From: Candidatus Limnocylindria bacterium
Lineage (GTDB): Bacteria; Chloroflexota; Limnocylindria; Limnocylindrales; CSP1-4
NCBI GenBank assembly: GCA_035513775.1
Contig: DATKBR010000007.1
Span: 1-61,539, forward strand
DNA: 61,539 nucleotides
Reading direction: 5' to 3'
Shown here: positions 26,226 to 34,502 of the stretch, piece by piece
How the letters are laid out: the number at the start of each line of letters is the position of its first letter
Position numbering within the stretch: position 1 is the stretch's first letter
Made by a program: the position numbers and the translations under genes
Notes under the pieces: model-generated
The model's database searches: none
What the model saw: only the letters and a program-made list of their open reading frames with translations
What the model was told of the DNA's origin: nothing

Positions 26226-27677
26226 ATGAAGGACCGAGACGCGCTGCTGCACCGAACCGCCGATATCGCCGCGGAGTTCCTTGATGGATTGCCGACGCGG
26301 CCCGTAGGCCGGCCGGTCGACCTCGCGGCCCTGCGTTCAGCCCTGGGCGGCCCACTGCCGGAGGAACCCAACGACCCGAAGGGCGTCATCGAGGCGCTCG
26401 CCGGCAACGCCGAGGCAGGCCTCATCGCCTCGGCTGGTCCACGGTACTTCGGGTTCGTCGTTGGCGGGAGCGTGCCCGCGTCGCTGGCGGCCGACTGGCT
26501 GACGTCCGCGTGGGACCAGAACGCGGGGCTGTATGCGCTGTCGCCCGCCGCCGCGGTGGTCGAGGAGGTCGCCGCCCGCTGGCTGGTCGAGCTGTTCGGG
26601 TTGCCGGAGGGTTCCAGTGTCGGCTTCACCACGGGAGCGACGATGGCCTCGTTCACTGCGCTCGCGGCCGGGCGGCATCGCGTTCTGGAGCGCGCCGGCT
26701 GGAACGTCGAGGACGACGGCTATGTCGGGGCGCCGGCCATCGAGGTCGTCGTCGGCGATGAGTCGCACGTCACGATCTTCGCCTCGCTGCAGATGCTGGG
26801 CCTCGGCCGAAAGCGCGTGCATCGCGTCGCCTCTGACGAACAGGGTCGGATGCGCGCAGACGCGTTGCGCGAGACGCTCGCCGGCCTCGACGGGCCGATT
26901 CTCGTGTGCGCGCAGGCCGGCAACGTCAACACCGGTTCGTTCGACCCGCTGCCGGAGATCGTCGAGGCGAAGCGAGCGAAGTCGAATGCGTGGCTCCACG
27001 TCGATGGGGCGTTCGGACTCTGGGCCGCAGTGGTGCCCTCGCTTCGCGATCACGTGGCGGGTCTCGCGGGAGCGGATTCGTGGACGACCGATGCCCACAA
27101 GTGGCTGAACGTGCCGTACGACTCGGGGATCGTGATCTGCCGCGACGTGGCCGCCCACCACGCCGCGATGACGCTCGGGGCTGCGTACTACGTCGAGGCC
27201 GCGGGCGGCGAGCGTGATCCGTACAACTGGGTCGCCGAGTCGTCTCGCCGGGCGCGCGGCTTCCCGATCTACGCGGCACTTCGATCGCTGGGCCGATCGG
27301 GGCTCGCCGACATGATGGACCACTGCTGCGCCATCGCTCGCCGGATGGCCGAGCGGCTCGGGAGCGAGCCGGGCGTGGCGATCCTCAACGACGTCGTGCT
27401 CAACCAGGTCCTGGTGCGATTCTCGCCTCCGAGCGGCGGCGGCGGTGCCAACGGCGGGCGCGGAACCGCCGATCAGGGCGCTATCGACGACTTCACGCGC
27501 CGAGTCGTAGCGGCGATCCAGGCCGACGGGACTTGCTGGGCAGGCGCCACGACCTGGCATGGGATGGCGGCAATGCGCATCTCCGTGTCGAACTGGAGCA
27601 CCACCGAAGCCGACGCGGACGTGTCCGTAGACGCGATGCTGCGCTGCGCCCGCGACGTCGCGACCGCCGCGGCCTGA
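26226..27677 (+). CDS. Group II PLP-dependent (aromatic amino acid/glutamate-type) decarboxylase
   Basis: [42 protein letters not shown]. Confidence 0.92.
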   Translation: MKDRDALLHRTADIAAEFLDGLPTRPVGRPVDLAALRSALGGPLPEEPNDPKGVIEALAGNAEAGLIASAGPRYFGFVVGGSVPASLAADWLTSAWDQNAGLYALSPAAAVVEEVAARWLVELFGLPEGSSVGFTTGATMASFTALAAGRHRVLERAGWNVEDDGYVGAPAIEVVVGDESHVTIFASLQMLGLGRKRVHRVASDEQGRMRADALRETLAGLDGPILVCAQAGNVNTGSFDPLPEIVEAKRAKSNAWLHVDGAFGLWAAVVPSLRDHVAGLAGADSWTTDAHKWLNVPYDSGIVICRDVAAHHAAMTLGAAYYVEAAGGERDPYNWVAESSRRARGFPIYAALRSLGRSGLADMMDHCCAIARRMAERLGSEPGVAILNDVVLNQVLVRFSPPSGGGGANGGRGTADQGAIDDFTRRVVAAIQADGTCWAGATTWHGMAAMRISVSNWSTTEADADVSVDAMLRCARDVATAAA

Positions 27678-27844
27678 GCCCAGGTTATGCAGCGACTGGC
27701 ATAGGTCTTCGCCGAGGGCGAACGAGCCCCGACGCGTTCGTGGTCAATGTGGCACCCTCGCCACGACACGGCCACGGCCCAACCACGGCGTCGACAGCCG
27801 ACCGCGGCGCCAAGCCGGCCGACAGCAGCAGATGGGAGCGTGAA

Positions 27845-27952
27845 ATGGGAGCAGTCATGTCCAGCCAGAAGGTCATTCGAACCTCCATGGAAGGCATGAC
27901 ACCCGATGCGCACCCTCAATCTCGGCATTCTCGCCCACGTCGACGCCGGTAA
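27845..27952 (+). CDS. Putative leader peptide (35 aa) overlapping the TetM-like gene start
   Basis: GGAG RBS then MGAVMSSQKVIRTSMEGMTPDAHPQSRHSRPRRRR*; out of frame with, and overlapping, ATG 27906. Confidence 0.45.
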   Translation: MGAVMSSQKVIRTSMEGMTPDAHPQSRHSRPRRRR

Positions 27953-29915
27953 GACCACCCTCACCGAGCGGCTCCTCTACGCCGCAGGCGTCATCGACAC
28001 GCTCGGCAGCGTCGACGACGGAACCACCCAGACAGACACCCTCGACCTCGAACGCCAGCGCGGCATCACGATCAAGGCCGCCGTGGCCTCGCTGGCGGTC
28101 GACGACCTGACCGTAAACATTCTCGACACGCCGGGACACCCGGATTTCATCGCGGAGGTCGAGCGTGTCCTGCGCGTCCTCGACGGGGCGATCCTGGTGA
28201 TCTCGGCGGTCGAGGGCGTCCAGCCCCAGACTCCGCTGTTGTGGCGCGCACTCGAGCGCCTCCACATCCCCACCCTCATTTTCCTCAACAAGCTCGACCG
28301 CCGCGGTGCAGATCCCCAGCGGACGTTCGACCAGATCGCCACGCGACTGACCGGTGCGGCCGTGCCGGTTCGTCGGGCCGTCGAACCGGGCACGCCGCAT
28401 GTCGCGATCCTCGAACCGGACGAAGGCGACGAAGAGTACCGATCGGTGGTCGTCGAGCGCCTGGCGGAACACGACGAGGCGCTGCTGGCCGCATACGTCG
28501 AGTCGGGGTCCCTGCCGTGGCCCTACCTCCGCCGCTCGCTCGCGGAGCAGTCGCGACGAGGCGAGATCCACCCCGTGTTCATGGGCTCCGCGGTCACGGG
28601 GGTCGGCGTCGACGCATTGATGTCGGCCATTTCCGAGCTCCTGCCCGAGGCGGCCGGCGACCCGGACGTGGAGGTTCGCGGTCGTGTCTTCAAGATCGAG
28701 CGAGGGACGGGCGGCGACCGTGTCGCCTACGCCCGCCTCTTCGACGGGACCGTCCGCGCCCGCGACCGCCTCGCGTTCGGCGACGGCGCGGAAGCTCGGG
28801 TCACCCACCTCGCAGTCACCGTGCCCGGCGGGTCGATGCAGCAGCCGGCCGCATCGGCGGGCCAGATCGCGAAGCTCGTCGGCCTCAACGGCGTCCGCGT
28901 CGGCGACCCGATCGGGGCCACAGCGCGGACCGACGAGGAGCGGCAGTTCCCGGCTCCAACCCTGGAGTCCGTGATCGCGCCGGTCAGGGCCGGCGATGGC
29001 GGCCGCCTGCGTGCCGCGCTCAACGAGCTCGCCGAGCAGGACCCGTTGATCAACGTCCGCCAGGACGACGAACGCACCGAGATCTCCGTCTCGCTCTACG
29101 GCGAGGTCCAGAAGGAGGTCATCGGCGAGACGCTGGCGCGCGAGTACGGAGTCGAGGTCTGGTTCGCCCCGACGACCACGATCTGCATCGAGCGCCCCAT
29201 CGGCAGCGGCGAGGCGCTCGAGGTGATCAGGTCGCCGAGCCACGCCAACATCAGCGGCAAGAGCTCGCCCGACAGCAGGAACCCGTATTCGGCAACGATC
29301 GGGCTCCGGATCGAACCCGGCGAGCCGGGTTCCGGCGTGTCATTCCGCCTGGACGTCGACGTCAAGCTGGTGCCGCTCCAGATCTTTCACACGGTTGCCC
29401 AGTTCGAGGCCCAGATTGCCCGGATGGTCGTCGACGCGCTGCAGGAAGGCCTGTTCGGCTGGCGCCTAACGGACTGCGTGGTGACGATGTTCGATTCCGG
29501 CTATCGCCGAACCGGTTCCACGACCTCCGACTTCCGGCGGCTCACCCCTCTCGTCCTCGCCGACGCCATCCGCGAAGCGGGCGTCGTCGTGTGCGAGCCG
29601 ATGACGTCAGTTCGAGTGGAGGGTCCGGCCGAGTCCGGGCGCGGCATCGCCGGCGTGGTCGTGAGCGCGGGCGGCCGGATACTGGGCCAACACGCCGAGG
29701 GTGGCCGGACGACCGTCGTTGCGTTCATCCAGGCCGGCCGGGTCCACGAGGTCCAGAACCGGATCCCGGGTCTGACCGGCGGAGAGGGAGTGTTCGAGAC
29801 CGCGCTCGCGGGCTACCACCCCGTGACCGCTGACCCGCCGCCGAGACGGCGCCGGACGATGCCCAACCCGTTCAATCGGACGCTTTACCTCGCCGCGCTT
29901 GGTCGCCACGGCTGA
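27906..29915 (+). CDS. TetM/OtrA-like ribosomal-protection-type translational GTPase
   Basis: NLGILAHVDAGKTTLTERLLY, ERQRGITI, DTPGHPDF, NKLD, EQDP, SLYGEVQKEV; EF-G-like domains III-V; 669 aa. Confidence 0.9.
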   Translation: MRTLNLGILAHVDAGKTTLTERLLYAAGVIDTLGSVDDGTTQTDTLDLERQRGITIKAAVASLAVDDLTVNILDTPGHPDFIAEVERVLRVLDGAILVISAVEGVQPQTPLLWRALERLHIPTLIFLNKLDRRGADPQRTFDQIATRLTGAAVPVRRAVEPGTPHVAILEPDEGDEEYRSVVVERLAEHDEALLAAYVESGSLPWPYLRRSLAEQSRRGEIHPVFMGSAVTGVGVDALMSAISELLPEAAGDPDVEVRGRVFKIERGTGGDRVAYARLFDGTVRARDRLAFGDGAEARVTHLAVTVPGGSMQQPAASAGQIAKLVGLNGVRVGDPIGATARTDEERQFPAPTLESVIAPVRAGDGGRLRAALNELAEQDPLINVRQDDERTEISVSLYGEVQKEVIGETLAREYGVEVWFAPTTTICIERPIGSGEALEVIRSPSHANISGKSSPDSRNPYSATIGLRIEPGEPGSGVSFRLDVDVKLVPLQIFHTVAQFEAQIARMVVDALQEGLFGWRLTDCVVTMFDSGYRRTGSTTSDFRRLTPLVLADAIREAGVVVCEPMTSVRVEGPAESGRGIAGVVVSAGGRILGQHAEGGRTTVVAFIQAGRVHEVQNRIPGLTGGEGVFETALAGYHPVTADPPPRRRRTMPNPFNRTLYLAALGRHG

Positions 29916-29928
29916 GCCATCGGCTGCC

Positions 29929-30405
29929 TCAGCGACCGGCGGGCTTCGTGCCCTTCTGCTCCCAGAGGTTGTCGACCTCGCGCTTGAGGTCCTCGAGGTC
30001 CTCGTAGCTCTGGTACACGCTGGCGAACCGGACGTAGGCGATCTGGTCGAGCATCTTGAGCTTGGCCATCGCGAGCTGGCCCACCTTCGACGAGGGCACC
30101 TCGGTGATGCCCTCCGAGCGGAGCTCGGCCTCGATCTGGTCCGCGGCCGCCTCGGCGGCGCCCTCGGGGACAGGGCGACGCGTCAGCGCCTTGCGCAGGC
30201 CGTTGGCGAGCTTGTCGCGATCGAACTCCTGCCGTGTGCCGTCGCGCTTGACGATCAGGAGGCGCGCTGCCTCGACTCGCTCGTACGTAGTGAATCGGGC
30301 AGTGCAGGCGTTGCATTCGCGGCGGCGGCGAATCGTTGCCGAGTCGTCCAAGTCACGCGAATCGACCACTCGGGTGTCTCGCTCACCACAGACTGGACAT
30401 CGCAC
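29929..30405 (-). CDS. nrdR: Transcriptional repressor NrdR
   Basis: MRCPVC...TRVVDSR...IRRRRECNAC..RFTTYER, ATP cone, AYVRFASVY. Confidence 0.97.
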   Translation of the reverse strand: MRCPVCGERDTRVVDSRDLDDSATIRRRRECNACTARFTTYERVEAARLLIVKRDGTRQEFDRDKLANGLRKALTRRPVPEGAAEAAADQIEAELRSEGITEVPSSKVGQLAMAKLKMLDQIAYVRFASVYQSYEDLEDLKREVDNLWEQKGTKPAGR

Positions 30406-30427
30406 CGGTAGCAGTTCCTCCGCTGCA

Positions 30428-30443
30428 CCACTAGGGGTTGTGG
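30428..30443. promoter_or_regulatory. NrdR box 1
   Basis: cCACTAGGGGTTGTGg resembles acaCwAtATaTwGtgt; starts 31 bp before box 2. Confidence 0.6.
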
Positions 30444-30458
30444 TGTACCGGGACTATA

Positions 30459-30474
30459 CCACTAGATGTGGCGC
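30459..30474. promoter_or_regulatory. NrdR box 2
   Basis: cCACTAGATGTGGCGc; a -10 TATAGT (minus strand, 30453-30458) lies between the two boxes. Confidence 0.7.
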
Positions 30475-30496
30475 TCCAGCGCCGGATCAGGCGTCG

Positions 30497-30931
30497 TCAG
30501 ACCGCCGCGGCGGCCGGCCGGGGCTTCGCGACCGGTCGAGCTCGCAGCGCGCCGATCGCGCGAGCGAGCCTGGCGCGGGCCTCCATCGCGACGGCGAGCA
30601 ATCGCGGCGACGCCGCGATCTCCATCGCCTCCACGGGGTCGATCGCTTCGACGACCGTGATGTCGCCTTCGGATCGAAGGACCACGTTGCAGGGCAGGAG
30701 CGTGCCAACCGACGGGTCGATGTCGATCGCCTGATAGGCCAGGTTTGGATTGCAGGCGCCGAGAATGAGGTACGGCGCGCTGTCGACGCCGATCTTGGTC
30801 TTCAGGACTGCCGCGACATCGATCTCGGTGATGACCCCGAAGCCCTGCGCCTTGAGCGCGTCCTCCACCTGGAGGCGGAGGTCAGCTGGCGTGCCCGGGA
30901 GCCGCCTGCCGAACGTGTATGCGGTCTTCAT
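30497..30931 (-). CDS. DUF302 domain protein
   Basis: LKAQGFGVITEIDV..VLKTKIG...YLILGACNP..A...GTLLPCNVV. Confidence 0.92.
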   Translation of the reverse strand: MKTAYTFGRRLPGTPADLRLQVEDALKAQGFGVITEIDVAAVLKTKIGVDSAPYLILGACNPNLAYQAIDIDPSVGTLLPCNVVLRSEGDITVVEAIDPVEAMEIAASPRLLAVAMEARARLARAIGALRARPVAKPRPAAAAV

Positions 30932-30976
30932 GCGCCGACGTTCGCATCGTTCGCGCTCGCGAGACAGTGCCGTCCG

Positions 30977-31972
30977 TCACGATCTCGTGCGGAGCTCCTC
31001 GAGCAGCACCTTGCCGACCTCGAACAGGTCGCCGACGACGACGAGGTCGGCGAACTCGGCGATCGGCGCGTCGGGGTCGCGATTGATGCCGATGATCGTG
31101 CCCGCGGTCTGCATGCCGACCTTGTGCTGGATCGCGCCGGAGATGCCCAGCGCGAGGTACAGTTGCGGCTTCACGATCTTGCCGGTCTGGCCGATCTGCT
31201 GCGCGTACGGAATCCAGCCGGAGTCCACGGCCGCGCGCGTGGCGCCGACCGCGCCGCCGAGCACGTCGGCGAGATCCTGCACGAGCTTGAAGCCCTCGTC
31301 GCCACCGACGCCGCGCCCACCCGCCACGATGACCCGGGCCTCTTCGATCGGCAGCGCGGCCGCGGCCTCCTCGATCCGGTCCACGACCTTCACGAGGGGG
31401 AGGTCCAGATCGCCCTCCGGGTCCTTGGAGTCGACGGTTCCAGCCGCGGCTGCCTTCTCGGCGGTGACGACGTTCGGGCGAACGGTGACGATCCCCCACT
31501 CCCCGTCAACGAACGTCGAGGTCGTGACGAGTCTCCCGCCGAACACGCTCATCTCCACCGACGGCCCGCCGTCCCAGGCGACGGCGGTTGCATTGACGAG
31601 CACGCCCCTCTCGAGCAGCGCCGACAGGGTGCCCGCGACGTCGCGGCCGTCCGAACCGGCGCCCGTGAGGATGGCGCCGGGAGGCTCGGAGGCGAGAATC
31701 GCCGCTGCCCGCTGCGCCGCGACCTGGGCCCACGCGTTACCGGCGGCGTTCGGCTCAGCGACCGCGACGACGCGACCAACGTAGCCCGCGAGCTCCTCGG
31801 CGGCGGCCTTCGGGTCCGCGGCGACGACGATCCCCACCGCCTCGGACCCGGCGGATTCTGCCAGGGTGCGCGCCAGCGTCGCGACCTCGGTGGAGCTCTT
31901 CGCGAGCGAGCCGTCGGCGTTCGTCTCCGCGACGACCCAGATCGCCCCTCCCGCACCGTCCTTGCCGGCCAT
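30977..31972 (-). CDS. etfA: Electron transfer flavoprotein alpha subunit
   Basis: IVAGGRGVG, GATRAAVDSGW, QIGQTGKIVKPQLYLALGISGAIQHKVGM. Confidence 0.96.
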   Translation of the reverse strand: MAGKDGAGGAIWVVAETNADGSLAKSSTEVATLARTLAESAGSEAVGIVVAADPKAAAEELAGYVGRVVAVAEPNAAGNAWAQVAAQRAAAILASEPPGAILTGAGSDGRDVAGTLSALLERGVLVNATAVAWDGGPSVEMSVFGGRLVTTSTFVDGEWGIVTVRPNVVTAEKAAAAGTVDSKDPEGDLDLPLVKVVDRIEEAAAALPIEEARVIVAGGRGVGGDEGFKLVQDLADVLGGAVGATRAAVDSGWIPYAQQIGQTGKIVKPQLYLALGISGAIQHKVGMQTAGTIIGINRDPDAPIAEFADLVVVGDLFEVGKVLLEELRTRS

Positions 31973-32766
31973 CAGATCAGCCTCCGCGAGGCGAGCAGGT
32001 CCGCGATTGCCTTCGCGCCCTCGTCGGGCGTCCCGCGCACGACCTGTGTCGCGCTCCGCGCCGGCGGCTTCTCGGTGTCGGTGACCTTCGTCCGTGCCGC
32101 GTCCCCACCGACACCGGCCGCGTCCAGTTCGAGGTCGGCGAGCGACTTCGTCACGACCTCTTTCGACCGCGCAGCCATGATCCCCTTGAGCGACGGGTAG
32201 CGCGGCTCGCCCAGCAGCTGCGTGCCAACGATGAGCGCCGGCATCGGCGCCTCGAGCACGTCGAAGCCCGTTGGGCTGATTCGGCGCACGCGAACCGTGC
32301 CGGCATCCACATCCGGCTCAATCTTCGCGGCGGACGACAGGTACGGCAGCTTCAGGAGCGTCGCCACCCCCGCGCCGACCACGCCACCGACACCATCGGA
32401 GGTGTCGAAGCCGGCGAGGACGAGGTCGTACTCCATGCCGCGAAGCGCGGCGGCAAGCACCTGGACGGTCGACCAGCCGTCGGACCCGGCGAGCGCGGGG
32501 TCCGTGACCAGCACGCCGCGATGTGCGCCCATCGCCAGGCCCTTGCGCATCGTCTCGACGCCCGTCGCGGGCGCCATTGACAGCAACGTCACCTCGGCGT
32601 CCTGGGCGTCGGCGAGCTTCAGCGCCGCCTCCAGCGTGTACTCGTCGTTGCCGTTGATGACCGCGGGCGACGCCGCGCGATCCAGCCGGCCGTCCGGCCC
32701 AAGCCGCTCTGCGGCGGCGGCCGGATCCGGCACGGGCTTGGTCAGGACCACGATGCGGAGCGTCAT
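31972..32766 (-). CDS. etfB: Electron transfer flavoprotein beta subunit
   Basis: IVVLTKPVPD, DEYTLEAAL, EPRYPSLKGIMAARSK; TGATG overlap with etfA. Confidence 0.95.
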   Translation of the reverse strand: MTLRIVVLTKPVPDPAAAAERLGPDGRLDRAASPAVINGNDEYTLEAALKLADAQDAEVTLLSMAPATGVETMRKGLAMGAHRGVLVTDPALAGSDGWSTVQVLAAALRGMEYDLVLAGFDTSDGVGGVVGAGVATLLKLPYLSSAAKIEPDVDAGTVRVRRISPTGFDVLEAPMPALIVGTQLLGEPRYPSLKGIMAARSKEVVTKSLADLELDAAGVGGDAARTKVTDTEKPPARSATQVVRGTPDEGAKAIADLLASRRLI

Positions 32767-32788
32767 CGGTCGCGCTCTCGGGTCGCCA

Positions 32789-33958
32789 TCACTCGGGCTT
32801 GCCGAGCAGGGCGCGGGCGATCACGAGCCGCTGGATCTGCTGAGTGCCCTCGTACAGCTGGGTGATCTTCGCGTCGCGCATCATGCGTTCCACCGGGTAG
32901 TCATCTGTGTAACCGTACCCGCCCAGGACCTGCACTGCGTCCGTCGTGACGGCCATTGCCGTATCACCTGCGATCAATTTCGAGATCGATGCCCAGCGCG
33001 AGGCGTCGGCCGCACCGGCCTCGATCTCGGTCGCGGCCTTGTACAGGAGCTGCCGCGCGGCCTCTGTGCGCGAGTCCATGTCGGCGAGCATCGCCTGGAC
33101 CATCTGGAACTCGCCGATCCGCTGGCCGAACTGTTTCCGCTCGCGAGCGTACTGCGCGGCAACGTCGAGCGCGCCCTGGGCGATCCCCACTGCCTGCGCG
33201 GCGATGCCGGGCCTCGATCGGTCGAGGGTCGCCAGTGCCAGCTTCCAGCCGTCGCCCTCGTCGCCGATCCGGTTCGCCTCGGGGACGAGGACGCCGTCGA
33301 AGTTCAGCTCAGCGGTGGGGCTGCCACGGATACCGAGCTTGTGCTCAAGGCGGGCGACCTTGAAGCCGTCCGTCGGGACCTCCACGGCGAAGCACGAAAT
33401 GCGCTTGTGGCGCGGGGCGTCAGGGTCCGTGACCGCGAAGACGGTGATCAGTCCGGCCACGCTGCCGTTCGTGATGAACCGCTTCGTGCCCGAAAGGCGG
33501 TAGCCGTCGCCCTCGCGCACGGCGCGAGTGCGGAGCGCCGCCGCGTCGGAACCGGCCTCGGGCTCGGTCAGGGCGAAGGCCGCGAGCACCTTGCCGGAAG
33601 CGAGATCCGGGAAGAGGCGGGCCTTCTGCTCCTCCGAGCCACCGAGCAGGAGCGGCAACGAGGCGAGCGCCTGCACGCTCAGGATGAGGCTGGAGGTCAC
33701 GCACGCCCGCGCGATCTGCTCGATGACGAGGCACTGCGTCAGGAGGTCCGCGCCGAGTCCACCGTGTTCCACCGGGTACGGGAGCGCGAGCACGTCCTGG
33801 CTGGCGAGAAGCTGCCGGATGTCCTCGGGAAACTCCCCCGTCCGGTCGATCTCCGCCGCCCGCGGCGCGATCTGCTCGAAGGCGAGTGTGCGAATCGTGT
33901 CTCGCAGGAGCACCTGCTCCTCGGTCAGTCGGTACGCGACGGCCCCGGCCTCGGTCAC
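32789..33958 (-). CDS. Acyl-CoA dehydrogenase
   Basis: FALTEPEAGSD, GTKRFITNG, KLGIRGSPT, QFGQRI, VQVLGGYGY, AKITQLYEGTQQIQR. Confidence 0.95.
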   Translation of the reverse strand: MTEAGAVAYRLTEEQVLLRDTIRTLAFEQIAPRAAEIDRTGEFPEDIRQLLASQDVLALPYPVEHGGLGADLLTQCLVIEQIARACVTSSLILSVQALASLPLLLGGSEEQKARLFPDLASGKVLAAFALTEPEAGSDAAALRTRAVREGDGYRLSGTKRFITNGSVAGLITVFAVTDPDAPRHKRISCFAVEVPTDGFKVARLEHKLGIRGSPTAELNFDGVLVPEANRIGDEGDGWKLALATLDRSRPGIAAQAVGIAQGALDVAAQYARERKQFGQRIGEFQMVQAMLADMDSRTEAARQLLYKAATEIEAGAADASRWASISKLIAGDTAMAVTTDAVQVLGGYGYTDDYPVERMMRDAKITQLYEGTQQIQRLVIARALLGKPE

Positions 33959-33964
33959 CGCCGA

Positions 33965-33970
33965 ATCCTA
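33965..33970 (-). promoter_or_regulatory. -10 box TAGGAT, leaderless geometry
   Basis: 6 nt upstream of GTG 33958. Confidence 0.6.
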
Positions 33971-34502
33971 GGGCTCTCACGGCCACGACGCTGCGGCGCG
34001 CCGTAGACGCGTTTTCGTGGCCACGCGCCGGAGCCCCTTCAACTCCGCGCCGCGACCTTCTTCGCCCGCAGCTCGCGATTCGCGTTAGTTCCACCGAAGC
34101 GGAACCAACGTTGTGAACCATCGATTTGACCAGGCGTGTGGACGGAGGCGCGAAGTTGCCCGATTTCGTGCGTGGGACGAGCACGGCAATCCAATCCCGG
34201 GCATGTTTCCGGCGATTTGAATTGCCGAAGTCGCGCGGTGTGTCAGGGCGTCAGCGGCGCCGTCCTCGAATCGACCGGAGCTCCCAGGCGGCGCGGGGAA
34301 TTCGAACGCGCCAGCGCGTTCGTGGCCCACCGAGCTCGACGTCGATTCTGGCGTTTGGCGCGCTGGTTCCGCAGCACTCGAACTACCTCGAAGTGGAGGC
34401 TGGTGGACGAGAGAGAGGGGCCGGGAGCGGATCGCCGCGAATTGGTTCCGCGGCGCCCGAGGGTGCCGCCAGCCGCCCTGTATGGGCCGGCGCTGCCAGG
34501 CT

